Shown in pieces: positions 1-8,852 of a stretch of DNA of 36,449 nt. The stretch is from a virus (taxonomy: Duplodnaviria > Caudoviricetes). The translations under genes were made by a program, and so were the position numbers. A model generated the notes under the pieces. That model was given only the letters and a program-made list of their open reading frames with translations. It was not told where the DNA came from and made no database searches. Where the stretch lies: IMG/VR virus record IMGVR_UViG_3300026270_000555, positions 1 through 36,449 of that record. One strand, 5' to 3'. How positions within the stretch are numbered: the stretch's first letter is position 1; every line of letters starts with the position of its first letter.

Positions 1-85
1 TGGCGTTGTCTCCGCCTGTTTGTGAAGTTGAGCGATTAACTTCTTGTGATTTTAACTTCGCTCTTATTTCAGCCAATGATGCCAT
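1..85 (-). CDS. gp32: 5' end of single-stranded DNA-binding protein (gp32-like); runs off the window
   Basis: Not in the ORF track. ATG at 85 gives MASLAEIRAKLKSQEVNRSTSQTGGDNA, which I recognise as the N-terminus of gp32-like SSBs of large T4-like phages. A GGAGG RBS lies at 94-98. Only 28 codons are visible. Confidence 0.7.
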   Translation of the reverse strand, partial: MASLAEIRAKLKSQEVNRSTSQTGGDNA

Positions 86-161
86 AATGTAAGCCTCCTA
101 TATTGCCTATGTTTGTTTGTGCCTAAATGTATATTAAGCATTTCTACATAATATACAATGA

Positions 162-167
162 TATTTA
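162..167 (-). promoter_or_regulatory. Late-type promoter TAAATA upstream of the SSB gene
   Basis: GATAAATA on the minus strand; same core as the motif before most structural genes (T4 late consensus TATAAATA). Confidence 0.55.
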
Positions 168-174
168 TCAGAAA

Positions 175-591
175 TCAAGTACTATTATTGGTAATATGAC
201 TATTTTTTTGTGCTACAAAGAAAGGCCAGCCAAATTTAAAGGTGTATATGCCATTGTATGAGAGATAACCATAGGTTTTTAAAGATTCGTTTTTGCTAGT
301 CTTGTATTCTCCTATATCGTCTAGTAAACCAGCATTGTCTTGTGTGATATTACATTTGATATCTTTGACAACGACATACACGTCTTCAAGAATTTGGTTG
401 CCTTTCAAAACTGTATCTCTGTCTGACTTGTTCTCTAAACTTACTTCTAGAATGTTTTGGCCAATGTGAGGTGTAATATCTATTTTTTCATTGGTATAGA
501 TTCCGTCATGCACAATCTCTCCGTTCATTATTATTTTTCCTGCAGGAGATTTGTTGTTTGTTTTTCCTATTTCTAATTGTAGTTGAATCAT
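175..591 (-). CDS. Hypothetical protein (138 aa), translationally coupled to the radical SAM gene
   Basis: ATGA overlap at 588-591 with the upstream stop codon; beta-rich pattern; no motif recognised. Confidence 0.75.
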   Translation of the reverse strand: MIQLQLEIGKTNNKSPAGKIIMNGEIVHDGIYTNEKIDITPHIGQNILEVSLENKSDRDTVLKGNQILEDVYVVVKDIKCNITQDNAGLLDDIGEYKTSKNESLKTYGYLSYNGIYTFKFGWPFFVAQKNSHITNNST

Positions 592-2093
592 TTTTTATTT
601 TTTTTCCAGTGCCATATTAGTCTTTTTGCTATACTCATTTTAGAACTAAATCTATAATCTGTCATGTAGCCATACTGATATGCTTTTTCTAATAATTCGA
701 TCCACCATTTAACTCTATTTTCAAAAGTGTTTTCAGGATTTTGTTTTGACTTCCAATAATCGTATTGGTTACCTGTTAAATTTTCTTTGACATCTTCCCA
801 TTCGATTTCTAACCTTCTTGCGTGGGTGTCAGCAAGTGGACTTCCTGGGAGTAAGTGCAATATTCCTACAGGATTGACAATCATATCAGGAAATTTGATA
901 TCTTTATAAGTTTCTACTAGACTCATTGTGTCATCAAAATCTTTTCTAGTCTCAGTTGGATATCCAACCATTAAATTCCATTCTTGGGTTATGCCTACTT
1001 TATGTAAACTTTGTATCATAAGATGTAAATCTTCATTATTAAATTTTTTACCCATATGATTTCTTACGGCTTCACTACCCGATTCAACCCCTACAATTAC
1101 GTGTTTACATCCTGCTTCTTTCATTAAATCATAATCTTCCGGTGTGGTTTGTCCTTTGGGCCTTGCTATGTATTCACCATAATAAGAAATTGTGTTTGGC
1201 AAACGTTTTGATAGTGCTTGGTTCATTTGTCTAAACGCTTTCATTGATCCATTTATTAGACTGTCAGACATCATGAAATGTTTTATACCTTGTTTTTCGT
1301 ATATTTCGATCATTTCATCTGCAATTTTATTTCCATCCTTAAAAACAAATTTAGGCTCAAATGTAAACACATCACAAAAAGTGCATTTACGTACACAACC
1401 TTTTGATCCTGTAATAGTTGCCGCGGCCGCTTGATCTGTGAGGTGAAATATTTTAGAATGTTTTTCATACAAGTCTGTTTTATAATCTATATAAGATGGT
1501 GTAGGTACCTGGTTTAGTTCTTCGTGTGTCAGTTGTCTATGAGTTTGGACTTTTCCTCTCGTTCCGTTAACAAGCATATCAACCAATGTGCTTTCACTTT
1601 CATTAATGAACACAGTATCGGCTAATCCTGTTTCCAACATTATATCCGACATCATTTTATTATTTTTGTATTTTTTCTTTACATTATCATCTTGGCTTAT
1701 TCCAGGACCACCAAGAAGAATTTTTTGTTTTGGATTTATGCTTTTAATTTGATAACAAATATCATGGGTAAAACATAAACTTTGATAACTTAGAAGTGAG
1801 AAGCCTATCCATTCTGCATCATAATCTAACAATCTTTGTGCTATTTTTTTAATATATTTTTTATACCATTCCCTCGCCTCATCGGTCATCTCATTAAAAA
1901 ATTGCAAGTATTTTTCAATTTCTGTGGCAAAGTTTGTTTTGTTATAATCAATTTGTATTTCTATATTAAGGTCTAGGGTGGTTGTCTTTAACCCATGTGA
2001 ATCACAAATACCTTTTAGTAGTGCAGGTGCCATAGGCATGGCATCAATTTTTGAGAACGGATTAAAAACAAATAGGGCGTGGTATTTTGACAT
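588..2093 (-). CDS. Cobalamin-binding-domain radical SAM protein (class B methyltransferase-like architecture)
   Basis: CxxxCxxC in SKGCVRKCTFC; N-terminal B12-binding-type domain (P.MAPALLKG, IGFS, ILLGGP); GVESGS and LMVGYPTET motifs. Confidence 0.88.
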   Translation of the reverse strand: MSKYHALFVFNPFSKIDAMPMAPALLKGICDSHGLKTTTLDLNIEIQIDYNKTNFATEIEKYLQFFNEMTDEAREWYKKYIKKIAQRLLDYDAEWIGFSLLSYQSLCFTHDICYQIKSINPKQKILLGGPGISQDDNVKKKYKNNKMMSDIMLETGLADTVFINESESTLVDMLVNGTRGKVQTHRQLTHEELNQVPTPSYIDYKTDLYEKHSKIFHLTDQAAAATITGSKGCVRKCTFCDVFTFEPKFVFKDGNKIADEMIEIYEKQGIKHFMMSDSLINGSMKAFRQMNQALSKRLPNTISYYGEYIARPKGQTTPEDYDLMKEAGCKHVIVGVESGSEAVRNHMGKKFNNEDLHLMIQSLHKVGITQEWNLMVGYPTETRKDFDDTMSLVETYKDIKFPDMIVNPVGILHLLPGSPLADTHARRLEIEWEDVKENLTGNQYDYWKSKQNPENTFENRVKWWIELLEKAYQYGYMTDYRFSSKMSIAKRLIWHWKKNKK

Positions 2094-2099
2094 ACAACT

Positions 2100-2128
2100 A
2101 GTATATACTATGTATGGGAAAATGTAAA
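2100..2128 (-). promoter_or_regulatory. sigma70-type promoter for the radical SAM gene (probably leaderless)
   Basis: TTTACA(2128-2123)-17 nt-TATACT(2105-2100), then 6 nt to the ATG; no SD. Confidence 0.6.
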
Positions 2129-2133
2129 TGGTA

Positions 2134-4047
2134 TTATGAAAGATTAGCCAGTGACTTAATTCTGTCTAATTCTGTATTAATCTGCTCTGCTTCTTCCTGT
2201 GCTTCTTCTGGTATTTTTGAATTGAATTGTTCTATCGCTGTTTCAAGTGCAGTTGCTTTGTCGCCGCCATCTTTTAAATGTTGTTCAATGTAAGGTTTAA
2301 GATCTTCAAATGCAACACCTTCTTGTTTTGCTCTTTGTAATTCCATTCTTCTTTTAATTACTGCGGCCTTCATTTTAGGATCGCTCATTAAGTCTGGATT
2401 TTTTTGAATATCGTTTAGTGTTTTTAATTTTTCTCTTCTGTCTTCTTCGTCTTTTGGTGCAGTAGCATATTCATTTGCTGTTTGTTCTGCCCATGATTCA
2501 AAAGCAACTTCTTCTTTAGCGCCATATTCTTTAGACTTGTCACCGTATTCTTTACCTTTGATGTTTTTAAATTTGTTTATGTCTTGTGGATCTTTTCTAA
2601 CTTCGTCTTTGTATTCTGGATCTGATTGCATTTTTTTGTAATCATCGATGTATCTTTTTGCTAGTTGTATTGCAATTTTTTTATTACTGTTATAGTCTGG
2701 TCCAGGTTTGAAAGATGTTTGTCCTTCTTGCTCTAATCCGTCTGCTACTCTTGAAGCAAAGTTAGCCACTCTGTCTTCTTCACCTTTTGGTGTTGAAATT
2801 AGTCTTGATGCTATATCTGAAAGTATTGAGCCTAACATAGTGTTCTTGTCTTTAAATTTTGTTACTGATAACATTTTGTCTGCGGCATCGTCTTTTCTCA
2901 AAACTAATTTGTTGTCAGGATCAGTTAAGAAACCTTGTACAACTGCACCGTGATCAACTGGTGCTTGTATTGGTGCATCAATTGGTTCATCACCTGGATC
3001 TAATTCTGTTACTGGCTCTTCTTTAGGTGCATTTTCTAGTTCAGCCATTACCTTGTTGATAAGTGGGAAAGCATCTTCTACTCTTTTATCTAAATTAGTC
3101 ATTGTAAATTTTTCTCTTAATTTAGCCACTGTTTCGTCGTCTAGTATTTGTTCTTCTGATGTTTTGAAATCTTTACTTGCATTTTCGTAATGTGTTTGAT
3201 TAGAAAGGCTTCTCATATAACCTCTTAAATTTTCTAATTTTAATTTTGTTTTTTCAATTATATCACCTGCGTTGTCATTTAATTGATCTTTGTTTGAAAC
3301 ATATCTTGAAAATGAATTTAATTTTGCAATATCTTCTGAAGTCGAAACAATGTGTTGTCCAAATTCGTCATGTGGTCTTCCGCCATTTGCAACGTGTCTC
3401 ATCATTGCTCTCGCACCTGCTAGGTGTGTCATTGGATACTTGAATCTTTCACCATCTTCGTTTTCGATGTATAGTGATTGTATCTGTCTTGATCTAGCAC
3501 CAGGCACAGTTTCGTCAACTTTGCCTTTGTGTCTAATTATTAATTTTGTTTTGTCTAAATTTTCGTATGAACGTTTTGCAGTACCCGTAAGTCCTTCTGC
3601 AACTGGTGCCTTTTCAACACCTGCTAATTTTGTAATTCTTTCTAGTTCTTCCGACATCTCATCGTTATTTACCGTTTGATTGGTGTCTGCTAGATTCTTG
3701 TAATCCTGCTTTGTAAGATTGCTTTTAGTAATATCACGCACATCAAAGGATAATTGATGCTCTACTGCAAAGTCTTTTAGTTCTTTAAGGAACGCATACC
3801 ATTCGTCTTTGCTGTCCTCATCAATTTTGTCCACTAAATTACGGTTGTAAAACACTTTCATAGTACCGTCTTCTGCTATGGATACACTGACTGAACCAAA
3901 TGTGTCAGCATCTTCTTTAAACTCAAATTCAAAAAATACAGCACTGCTTGGGTCTGCTGTTGCGGCACCGTTTTCGTCACCTAATCTAATATTAGTGAAC
4001 TGTGATCTAATTTTGTTGAATAAATCTTGTGAGTTTTTTGGGTTCAT
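2134..4047 (-). CDS. Phage protein (637 aa), acidic, probable head/internal virion protein
   Basis: Long ORF after the terminase with its own TATAAATA; ELERITKLAG and C-terminal ELDRIKSLA motifs. Function is inferred. Confidence 0.7.
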   Translation of the reverse strand: MNPKNSQDLFNKIRSQFTNIRLGDENGAATADPSSAVFFEFEFKEDADTFGSVSVSIAEDGTMKVFYNRNLVDKIDEDSKDEWYAFLKELKDFAVEHQLSFDVRDITKSNLTKQDYKNLADTNQTVNNDEMSEELERITKLAGVEKAPVAEGLTGTAKRSYENLDKTKLIIRHKGKVDETVPGARSRQIQSLYIENEDGERFKYPMTHLAGARAMMRHVANGGRPHDEFGQHIVSTSEDIAKLNSFSRYVSNKDQLNDNAGDIIEKTKLKLENLRGYMRSLSNQTHYENASKDFKTSEEQILDDETVAKLREKFTMTNLDKRVEDAFPLINKVMAELENAPKEEPVTELDPGDEPIDAPIQAPVDHGAVVQGFLTDPDNKLVLRKDDAADKMLSVTKFKDKNTMLGSILSDIASRLISTPKGEEDRVANFASRVADGLEQEGQTSFKPGPDYNSNKKIAIQLAKRYIDDYKKMQSDPEYKDEVRKDPQDINKFKNIKGKEYGDKSKEYGAKEEVAFESWAEQTANEYATAPKDEEDRREKLKTLNDIQKNPDLMSDPKMKAAVIKRRMELQRAKQEGVAFEDLKPYIEQHLKDGGDKATALETAIEQFNSKIPEEAQEEAEQINTELDRIKSLANLS

Positions 4048-4054
4048 ATAGTGT

Positions 4055-4062
4055 TATTTATA
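4055..4062 (-). promoter_or_regulatory. T4-type late promoter TATAAATA
   Basis: Exact T4 late consensus, 7 nt before the ATG at 4047. Confidence 0.75.
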
Positions 4063-4144
4063 CGCCTTTTTGCTGAATAGCATATTGGGTCTAAGTCCTT
4101 TTTACCACCAATATAAAGCGGTCTGTGTTGTTTGTAGACACCAT

Positions 4145-5737
4145 TTATCCTGTGAAAGAGCCAAATATAGGCATTGGTGTTAGTTCTGATGTTCTGTCTG
4201 TCCACTTCTCAAATATTTTGGGATCAAAATCAGCAAGTACTTTCATCATACGTGTCATAAGCAAACAAGCACTTACTAAATCGTCATGCTGGCCAGGTTT
4301 TGCTTTAAAACTTAAACCACTTGCTACGAAATCTTTAAGTTCAGATATTAGTAATTGTGAATTAATTTTCATTTTTCCGCCCTCAATTAACTCTTTAAAT
4401 TTTGTACAAGCATCAATTTTAAATTTAGCAGTGGTGTTAAATCCTCTTCTAAATTTTCTTCTATGTCCTTTTCTTATCGGTTCTGACAAAAACATTCCTT
4501 GTATATTTTCTTCACCTATATCCATTACTCTTAATAGTGCCGCTTCACCGATAGTATTGTTTTCCATGCTGTAAAATATTTGTGGTGATGCACTTGCATC
4601 TTGTTCCATAATTGTATCGTATATGTGTTTGTTGATACCTTGCAAAATTCTTATCTGTTGATTCATTGGTGTAGTGTTATGATGCCATTCACCGACCTGT
4701 TCAAATGTTGGCAATTCAAAAACCTGTATGGCCGCAAAGTCTCCGCCTGTACCCATGGCAGGATCAAGTGATACCATATAAGTCATGCCTGGAGTAGGCT
4801 TTTTAAACCAACGCACTTGTCCTGTTGTTTCTACAGGTGCGTTGCCTTCCATGTCTGCTAGTGTGATACTTGATATTAGTGTTTCGTCAAAGATTAAGAA
4901 TTCACATTCATGTTCCCTTCTAAACCTTTCTTCACCTATTCTGGCTCTTTCTGCATCTGCCCATGTTTCATCTCTGTCAGGATGTTCTGACCAATGTGCT
5001 TTCATGGCATAGAAACCGTTAGTTCCAGTTATTTTATCATTGCCGTATTCGTCAAATCTTTTGTTTGCTTCTTTCCAAATTAATGCAAATTGATCTTCAT
5101 CTGAGTTAGGTGTTGATGTGATCATACACTTACCACCTGTTGACAGTGTTGGAGATAGTGAAGTCCAAAATTCTTTGGCTTTTTCTGGTGGTTGCACGAA
5201 TGCAAACTCATCACAATATATTAATGTAAGTGACATACCCCGTCCTGTGTTTTCAGTTGTAGTAGTTGCCATAATCTTCGAACCGTTGTCAAATTCTATA
5301 CTGTTCCTATTGTATTGTGTTACACCTGCTTTAATCCAACTAGGCAACATCTCATAAGCATAACGCACCCTTGACATAATGTCGGAAGCACCTGCGTATT
5401 TGTGTGCCGCAATTAGTATCTGCGAGTCTGGTCTAAACATAGCATACCATATTAAGAAACCTGATGCACAGGTTGTTTTTCCTGTTTGCCTAGGTAACAT
5501 GGCAATTGAAAATCTATGATCGTTATAACTGTTAATTAATCTTTCTTGATATGGGTAAGGTTCAAATGGTAAAGATCCTTTTACTGGATGTTGTATTTTC
5601 ATGAACGTTTTCATAAAGAATAATGGGCCAGTTTTTGGGTCCATACACTGTTCAAGTTGTAAAACTTGTTCTTTGGTGTATTTGTGTTTCTTATTGGCTT
5701 TCTTAACTTGTTCGCCGTCTAGTGATACATACGCCAT
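4145..5737 (-). CDS. gp17: Terminase large subunit (gp17-like)
   Basis: PYPYQ adenine-binding motif, Walker A PRQTGKT, Walker B LIYCDEFAF, TSTPN coupling motif, nuclease motifs LDPAMG and HDDLV; no intein or intron seen. Confidence 0.95.
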   Translation of the reverse strand: MAYVSLDGEQVKKANKKHKYTKEQVLQLEQCMDPKTGPLFFMKTFMKIQHPVKGSLPFEPYPYQERLINSYNDHRFSIAMLPRQTGKTTCASGFLIWYAMFRPDSQILIAAHKYAGASDIMSRVRYAYEMLPSWIKAGVTQYNRNSIEFDNGSKIMATTTTENTGRGMSLTLIYCDEFAFVQPPEKAKEFWTSLSPTLSTGGKCMITSTPNSDEDQFALIWKEANKRFDEYGNDKITGTNGFYAMKAHWSEHPDRDETWADAERARIGEERFRREHECEFLIFDETLISSITLADMEGNAPVETTGQVRWFKKPTPGMTYMVSLDPAMGTGGDFAAIQVFELPTFEQVGEWHHNTTPMNQQIRILQGINKHIYDTIMEQDASASPQIFYSMENNTIGEAALLRVMDIGEENIQGMFLSEPIRKGHRRKFRRGFNTTAKFKIDACTKFKELIEGGKMKINSQLLISELKDFVASGLSFKAKPGQHDDLVSACLLMTRMMKVLADFDPKIFEKWTDRTSELTPMPIFGSFTG

Positions 5738-5744
5738 AGTAAAG

Positions 5745-5750
5745 TATTTA
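5745..5750 (-). promoter_or_regulatory. Late promoter TAAATA
   Basis: 7 nt before the terminase ATG. Confidence 0.65.
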
Positions 5751-5776
5751 ATGCTTTAAAGATGTTAGGAAAAGTA

Positions 5777-6871
5777 TTACTTTGCTTCTTTATCTTTGAT
5801 GGCTTTTTTCATTGGTTCTTTTTTGTCGCCATCTTTGTCCATATCTAAAAAGTCAGGTTTTGCTTTTGCTTCTGCAACTTTTGCCGCTTCTTGATATTCT
5901 TTTTTGAAACCTTCGTATTGTGCTCTTAGACTGTTTGCTAAATCTTCTTCAGTAATTGTGTCTTCGAAAGCCTTAAGTTCATTATCACCTGGGTGACCTT
6001 TTTGTATTTGAACTTTCTTTCTGTTTAAACCACCTGAATTGGTATTAACTAATGAATCAGTGTCTTGTACTTTTACATCTGGTTCGTTATCAAATGTTTC
6101 TTCTGCTTTCTCATCATCTGGTGCAGTAACAACATCTCTCATTCTAGCCATGTCCATAGAACCCGTTGCGTCATCTTGATCCATTTCTGGTTCTGCTTTT
6201 GGTTCATCAGCACCTATCATTTTTGCATCTACTGGTTGCACACCTGCTAGTTTTAGAATTTGCATCATCATTGATGCTTCTTCTGGAGAATCAGTTGAAA
6301 TTTGTATTGCTTCGTTTACTTGTTTTTTGTCTTCTGTTTTCATTGTATCTGTATTTACCTCGAAATCGCTATCTCTTAATGTATGCTCTTCGTCTCCAAC
6401 TTTAAATTTATCACCTTTTTTAAGACCAGCCGCCTTCGCTTTTTGTACTGCCTGTGCAAAAGCATTTCCCTCGTCTGTAGGTTGCTCTGAATCCATAGCA
6501 GGTTCCATATCTCCTACTTTTTCACCCTCATCGTCATACTCATCTGCAACCATTCTTGCCGCAGTTTCATATTCATAACTTTGTGGGAAAGGTAATTCTT
6601 TTGATTTTTTAACAAGTGCCGCTACAACATCTCTTTTTGGCATTTTTAAATTTCCGTCTTCGTCTTGGAATTCACCTATTGCCTCTTGAGCGCCAATGTG
6701 TATGTCTGACATACCACCTTCGTCTGTTTTTATTGTTGGTTCACTTTGAACAGCATTTTGCACAACAGCCTGTGGGTTTGTTGCTTGAACGTTTGCTACT
6801 GCATCTTTAACTAATTCTGGTTTAGTTTCTGCAATCTCAGTTAACTTCTTTAGTACGTCAATCATTTCCAT
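5777..6871 (-). CDS. Acidic low-complexity protein, probable prohead core/internal head protein
   Basis: Very D/E/K-rich; several (I/L/V)xE sites; QILKLAG motif; C-terminal DMDKDGD (DxDxDG) loop. Confidence 0.65.
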   Translation of the reverse strand: MEMIDVLKKLTEIAETKPELVKDAVANVQATNPQAVVQNAVQSEPTIKTDEGGMSDIHIGAQEAIGEFQDEDGNLKMPKRDVVAALVKKSKELPFPQSYEYETAARMVADEYDDEGEKVGDMEPAMDSEQPTDEGNAFAQAVQKAKAAGLKKGDKFKVGDEEHTLRDSDFEVNTDTMKTEDKKQVNEAIQISTDSPEEASMMMQILKLAGVQPVDAKMIGADEPKAEPEMDQDDATGSMDMARMRDVVTAPDDEKAEETFDNEPDVKVQDTDSLVNTNSGGLNRKKVQIQKGHPGDNELKAFEDTITEEDLANSLRAQYEGFKKEYQEAAKVAEAKAKPDFLDMDKDGDKKEPMKKAIKDKEAK

Positions 6872-6874
6872 AAC

Positions 6875-7495
6875 TTATTTTCCTTTTGCTGGATTTGGGT
6901 TGCCTTTAATTGGACCATCATGTCCTTTAACTGGAGATGGAGATCCTGCTTCTTCTTTGCTTTGTGCATCTTGGGTTTTATTATCTGTACCTTTTTCAAC
7001 TTCGTATTTGCTTTCTCTGTCTTTTAATAATTCTTTTAACAAACTCATGTTTGCTTTAGTTGAGTGAAAGTCTTCTGCGTTTACTTTTGGTGAATCTGTC
7101 ATTTCAATATCTAATAATTTGTTTTTGTATTCTGAATTTTTTGCAACTTGCATTTGATCTTGATATTCTTCTGTTGGTTCACCAGGTTTTCTTACAACAA
7201 TTTTTGAAGCATTAACACCTAAATAATCTGATAGGTATTCTTTCATTACATTTGAACTTGCTGGATAGTTTGTTGTAACGTCAAAAATTGTTACTTCTTC
7301 ATTTGATAAATGTGGGAAATCTAAAGGCATAGTCATTATAGGTGTTTTCTTACCCGCTGACATTTTTGCAACTTCAAATTTTGCTAGTGCTGTTTCCATT
7401 TTAGAAGCAAAATCGTCTGGTAACTGTCCCGCTACCTTTATTTTAAAGTCATATGACTTGCTAGATTCTGCTAGATACTGTGTAAACGTGCTCAT
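6875..7495 (-). CDS. Probable internal head protein with capsid-targeting-like N-terminus
   Basis: Start moved to ATG 7495 (MSTFTQYLAES), 6 nt after TAAATA at 7502-7507; resembles the T4 internal-protein targeting peptide MKTYQEFIAE. Confidence 0.65.
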   Translation of the reverse strand: MSTFTQYLAESSKSYDFKIKVAGQLPDDFASKMETALAKFEVAKMSAGKKTPIMTMPLDFPHLSNEEVTIFDVTTNYPASSNVMKEYLSDYLGVNASKIVVRKPGEPTEEYQDQMQVAKNSEYKNKLLDIEMTDSPKVNAEDFHSTKANMSLLKELLKDRESKYEVEKGTDNKTQDAQSKEEAGSPSPVKGHDGPIKGNPNPAKGK

Positions 7496-7504
7496 ATGCA
7501 ATAT

Positions 7505-8026
7505 TTAGTCTTTTTTAAGTAGTTTCTTCATTAATTCATTACGATCTGAGATAACAAAACCGTCGGATTCCTCTATAGGACCACCGTCTTTATTGCTTTG
7601 ATCTAACTTCTGCTTTTTAAGTTGTAATTCAATCATTTTTAGTTTTTTGTCAATCTTGCCGCTTTTTGCATCTATGGCATTTCTCAAGAAATTACTGGCA
7701 ACCTCGAAGATACGCCCTGAATAACGTGAGTCAACGTTCATGCCCAAGTCCATTAAATTCTTGTAACTCTCTTCTGATTCGATAGCCAGTTTGTCTAATT
7801 CTAAATCTGACAGTTCTCCAAGTCCTTTTACTTGTGGTAAAGCGGCCGCAACTTTGTCAAATTCTGCATATGATTTTTTCAATGCCGCGGCAGTTTTAGG
7901 ATCGACATTTTTCATTACTTCGCCTGTCTTTTCTTTGTTTGCTTTGGCTTGTTCTTTCTTATCTACCTCTTTGAATGCCTCTTTGACATTTGGTAAATTA
8001 AGAATATCTTCTAGTTTCTTTGTCAT
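7505..8026 (-). CDS. Helical protein, possible terminase small subunit
   Basis: 173 aa, coiled-coil pattern, near gp4-like and terminase genes, TAAATA at 8032-8037. The function is inferred from size and position. Confidence 0.45.
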   Translation of the reverse strand: MTKKLEDILNLPNVKEAFKEVDKKEQAKANKEKTGEVMKNVDPKTAAALKKSYAEFDKVAAALPQVKGLGELSDLELDKLAIESEESYKNLMDLGMNVDSRYSGRIFEVASNFLRNAIDAKSGKIDKKLKMIELQLKKQKLDQSNKDGGPIEESDGFVISDRNELMKKLLKKD

Positions 8027-8034
8027 GTTTTTAT

Positions 8035-8475
8035 TTACTTACGTTTTCCATTATGAAAAAGGTCATCTTCTGATACTACTCTAAATCTTATTTTTCTCTG
8101 TTTTGCATATGCTGTTGCGGCTTCCCATTTAGCCATGTTCAAAACTACTTGTTTTTTCTTTGCTTGACTTTTTCCTGCACGTTCCATAGTCATTTGATCC
8201 GAAGGTTTTACTTCTATCATTTCTGCATGTTTTCTACCATTCTTGTCCATGTACACAATAAAAAAATCTGGCACATATACTGTATATTTTCCTGTGAAAG
8301 GATTTCGATATGGGATTTTAATTGACTCACTCGCCCATTGATACACGTTAGGATGTTCATCGCACAATCTCATGAAAGCGTGTTCCCAACTTGAACGGTA
8401 AGTTGGAGTTTTCAATCCAACATACTTCCCCCCATTCTTTGGTGAAAATTTTCCTCTTGCAAATCTTGGTAGCAT
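8035..8475 (-). CDS. gp4: Head completion nuclease (T4 gp4 / TnsA-like PD-(D/E)xK)
   Basis: YRSSWE, WASE..IPY, YVPDF, IEVKP and N.AKWEAA motifs. Confidence 0.88.
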   Translation of the reverse strand: MLPRFARGKFSPKNGGKYVGLKTPTYRSSWEHAFMRLCDEHPNVYQWASESIKIPYRNPFTGKYTVYVPDFFIVYMDKNGRKHAEMIEVKPSDQMTMERAGKSQAKKKQVVLNMAKWEAATAYAKQRKIRFRVVSEDDLFHNGKRK

Positions 8476-8852
8476 TAATCTAGAATGTTTCTAGATACAA
8501 GTTCTTTAGTAGTCAGTGTTTGTCTAACACCTAGCCTACTAGACTTATACCTGTTAGCATTTAATATTAGTGTTATTAGTTCTGATAGTTGTACTTCCGT
8601 AGCACCGGACAATTTGTCTAATATTTCTTGTGGACTGATATTATCTATTTTTGCTTGTGCCATGATTACATAAGCAGTGGATTCTGCAGATGCTCTTTTG
8701 AATCCTCTCTTAACAAAAAATGCAATACAGGCATCATAATCGCCCGGAGCCATTTCATATTCTGTTTGATAATTTGTCGTTGTTAATTTCTGGATTGTCT
8801 CGTCCAAACCGTCGCTTGTTTTTGGTGGTAAGTTTGTATAAAATTCAGCCAT
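8475..8852 (-). CDS. Hypothetical phage protein (125 aa)
   Basis: TAATG-type 1-nt overlaps with both neighbouring genes. Confidence 0.75.
   Translation of the reverse strand: MAEFYTNLPPKTSDGLDETIQKLTTTNYQTEYEMAPGDYDACIAFFVKRGFKRASAESTAYVIMAQAKIDNISPQEILDKLSGATEVQLSELITLILNANRYKSSRLGVRQTLTTKELVSRNILD

Noticed and set aside
4082-4114. ATATTGG/CCAATAT hairpin and a GGTCTAAG octamer shared with 35449-35456
   Set aside because: Weak AT-rich stem without a U tract; only two octamer copies, at different spacing from TAAATA, which could be chance.
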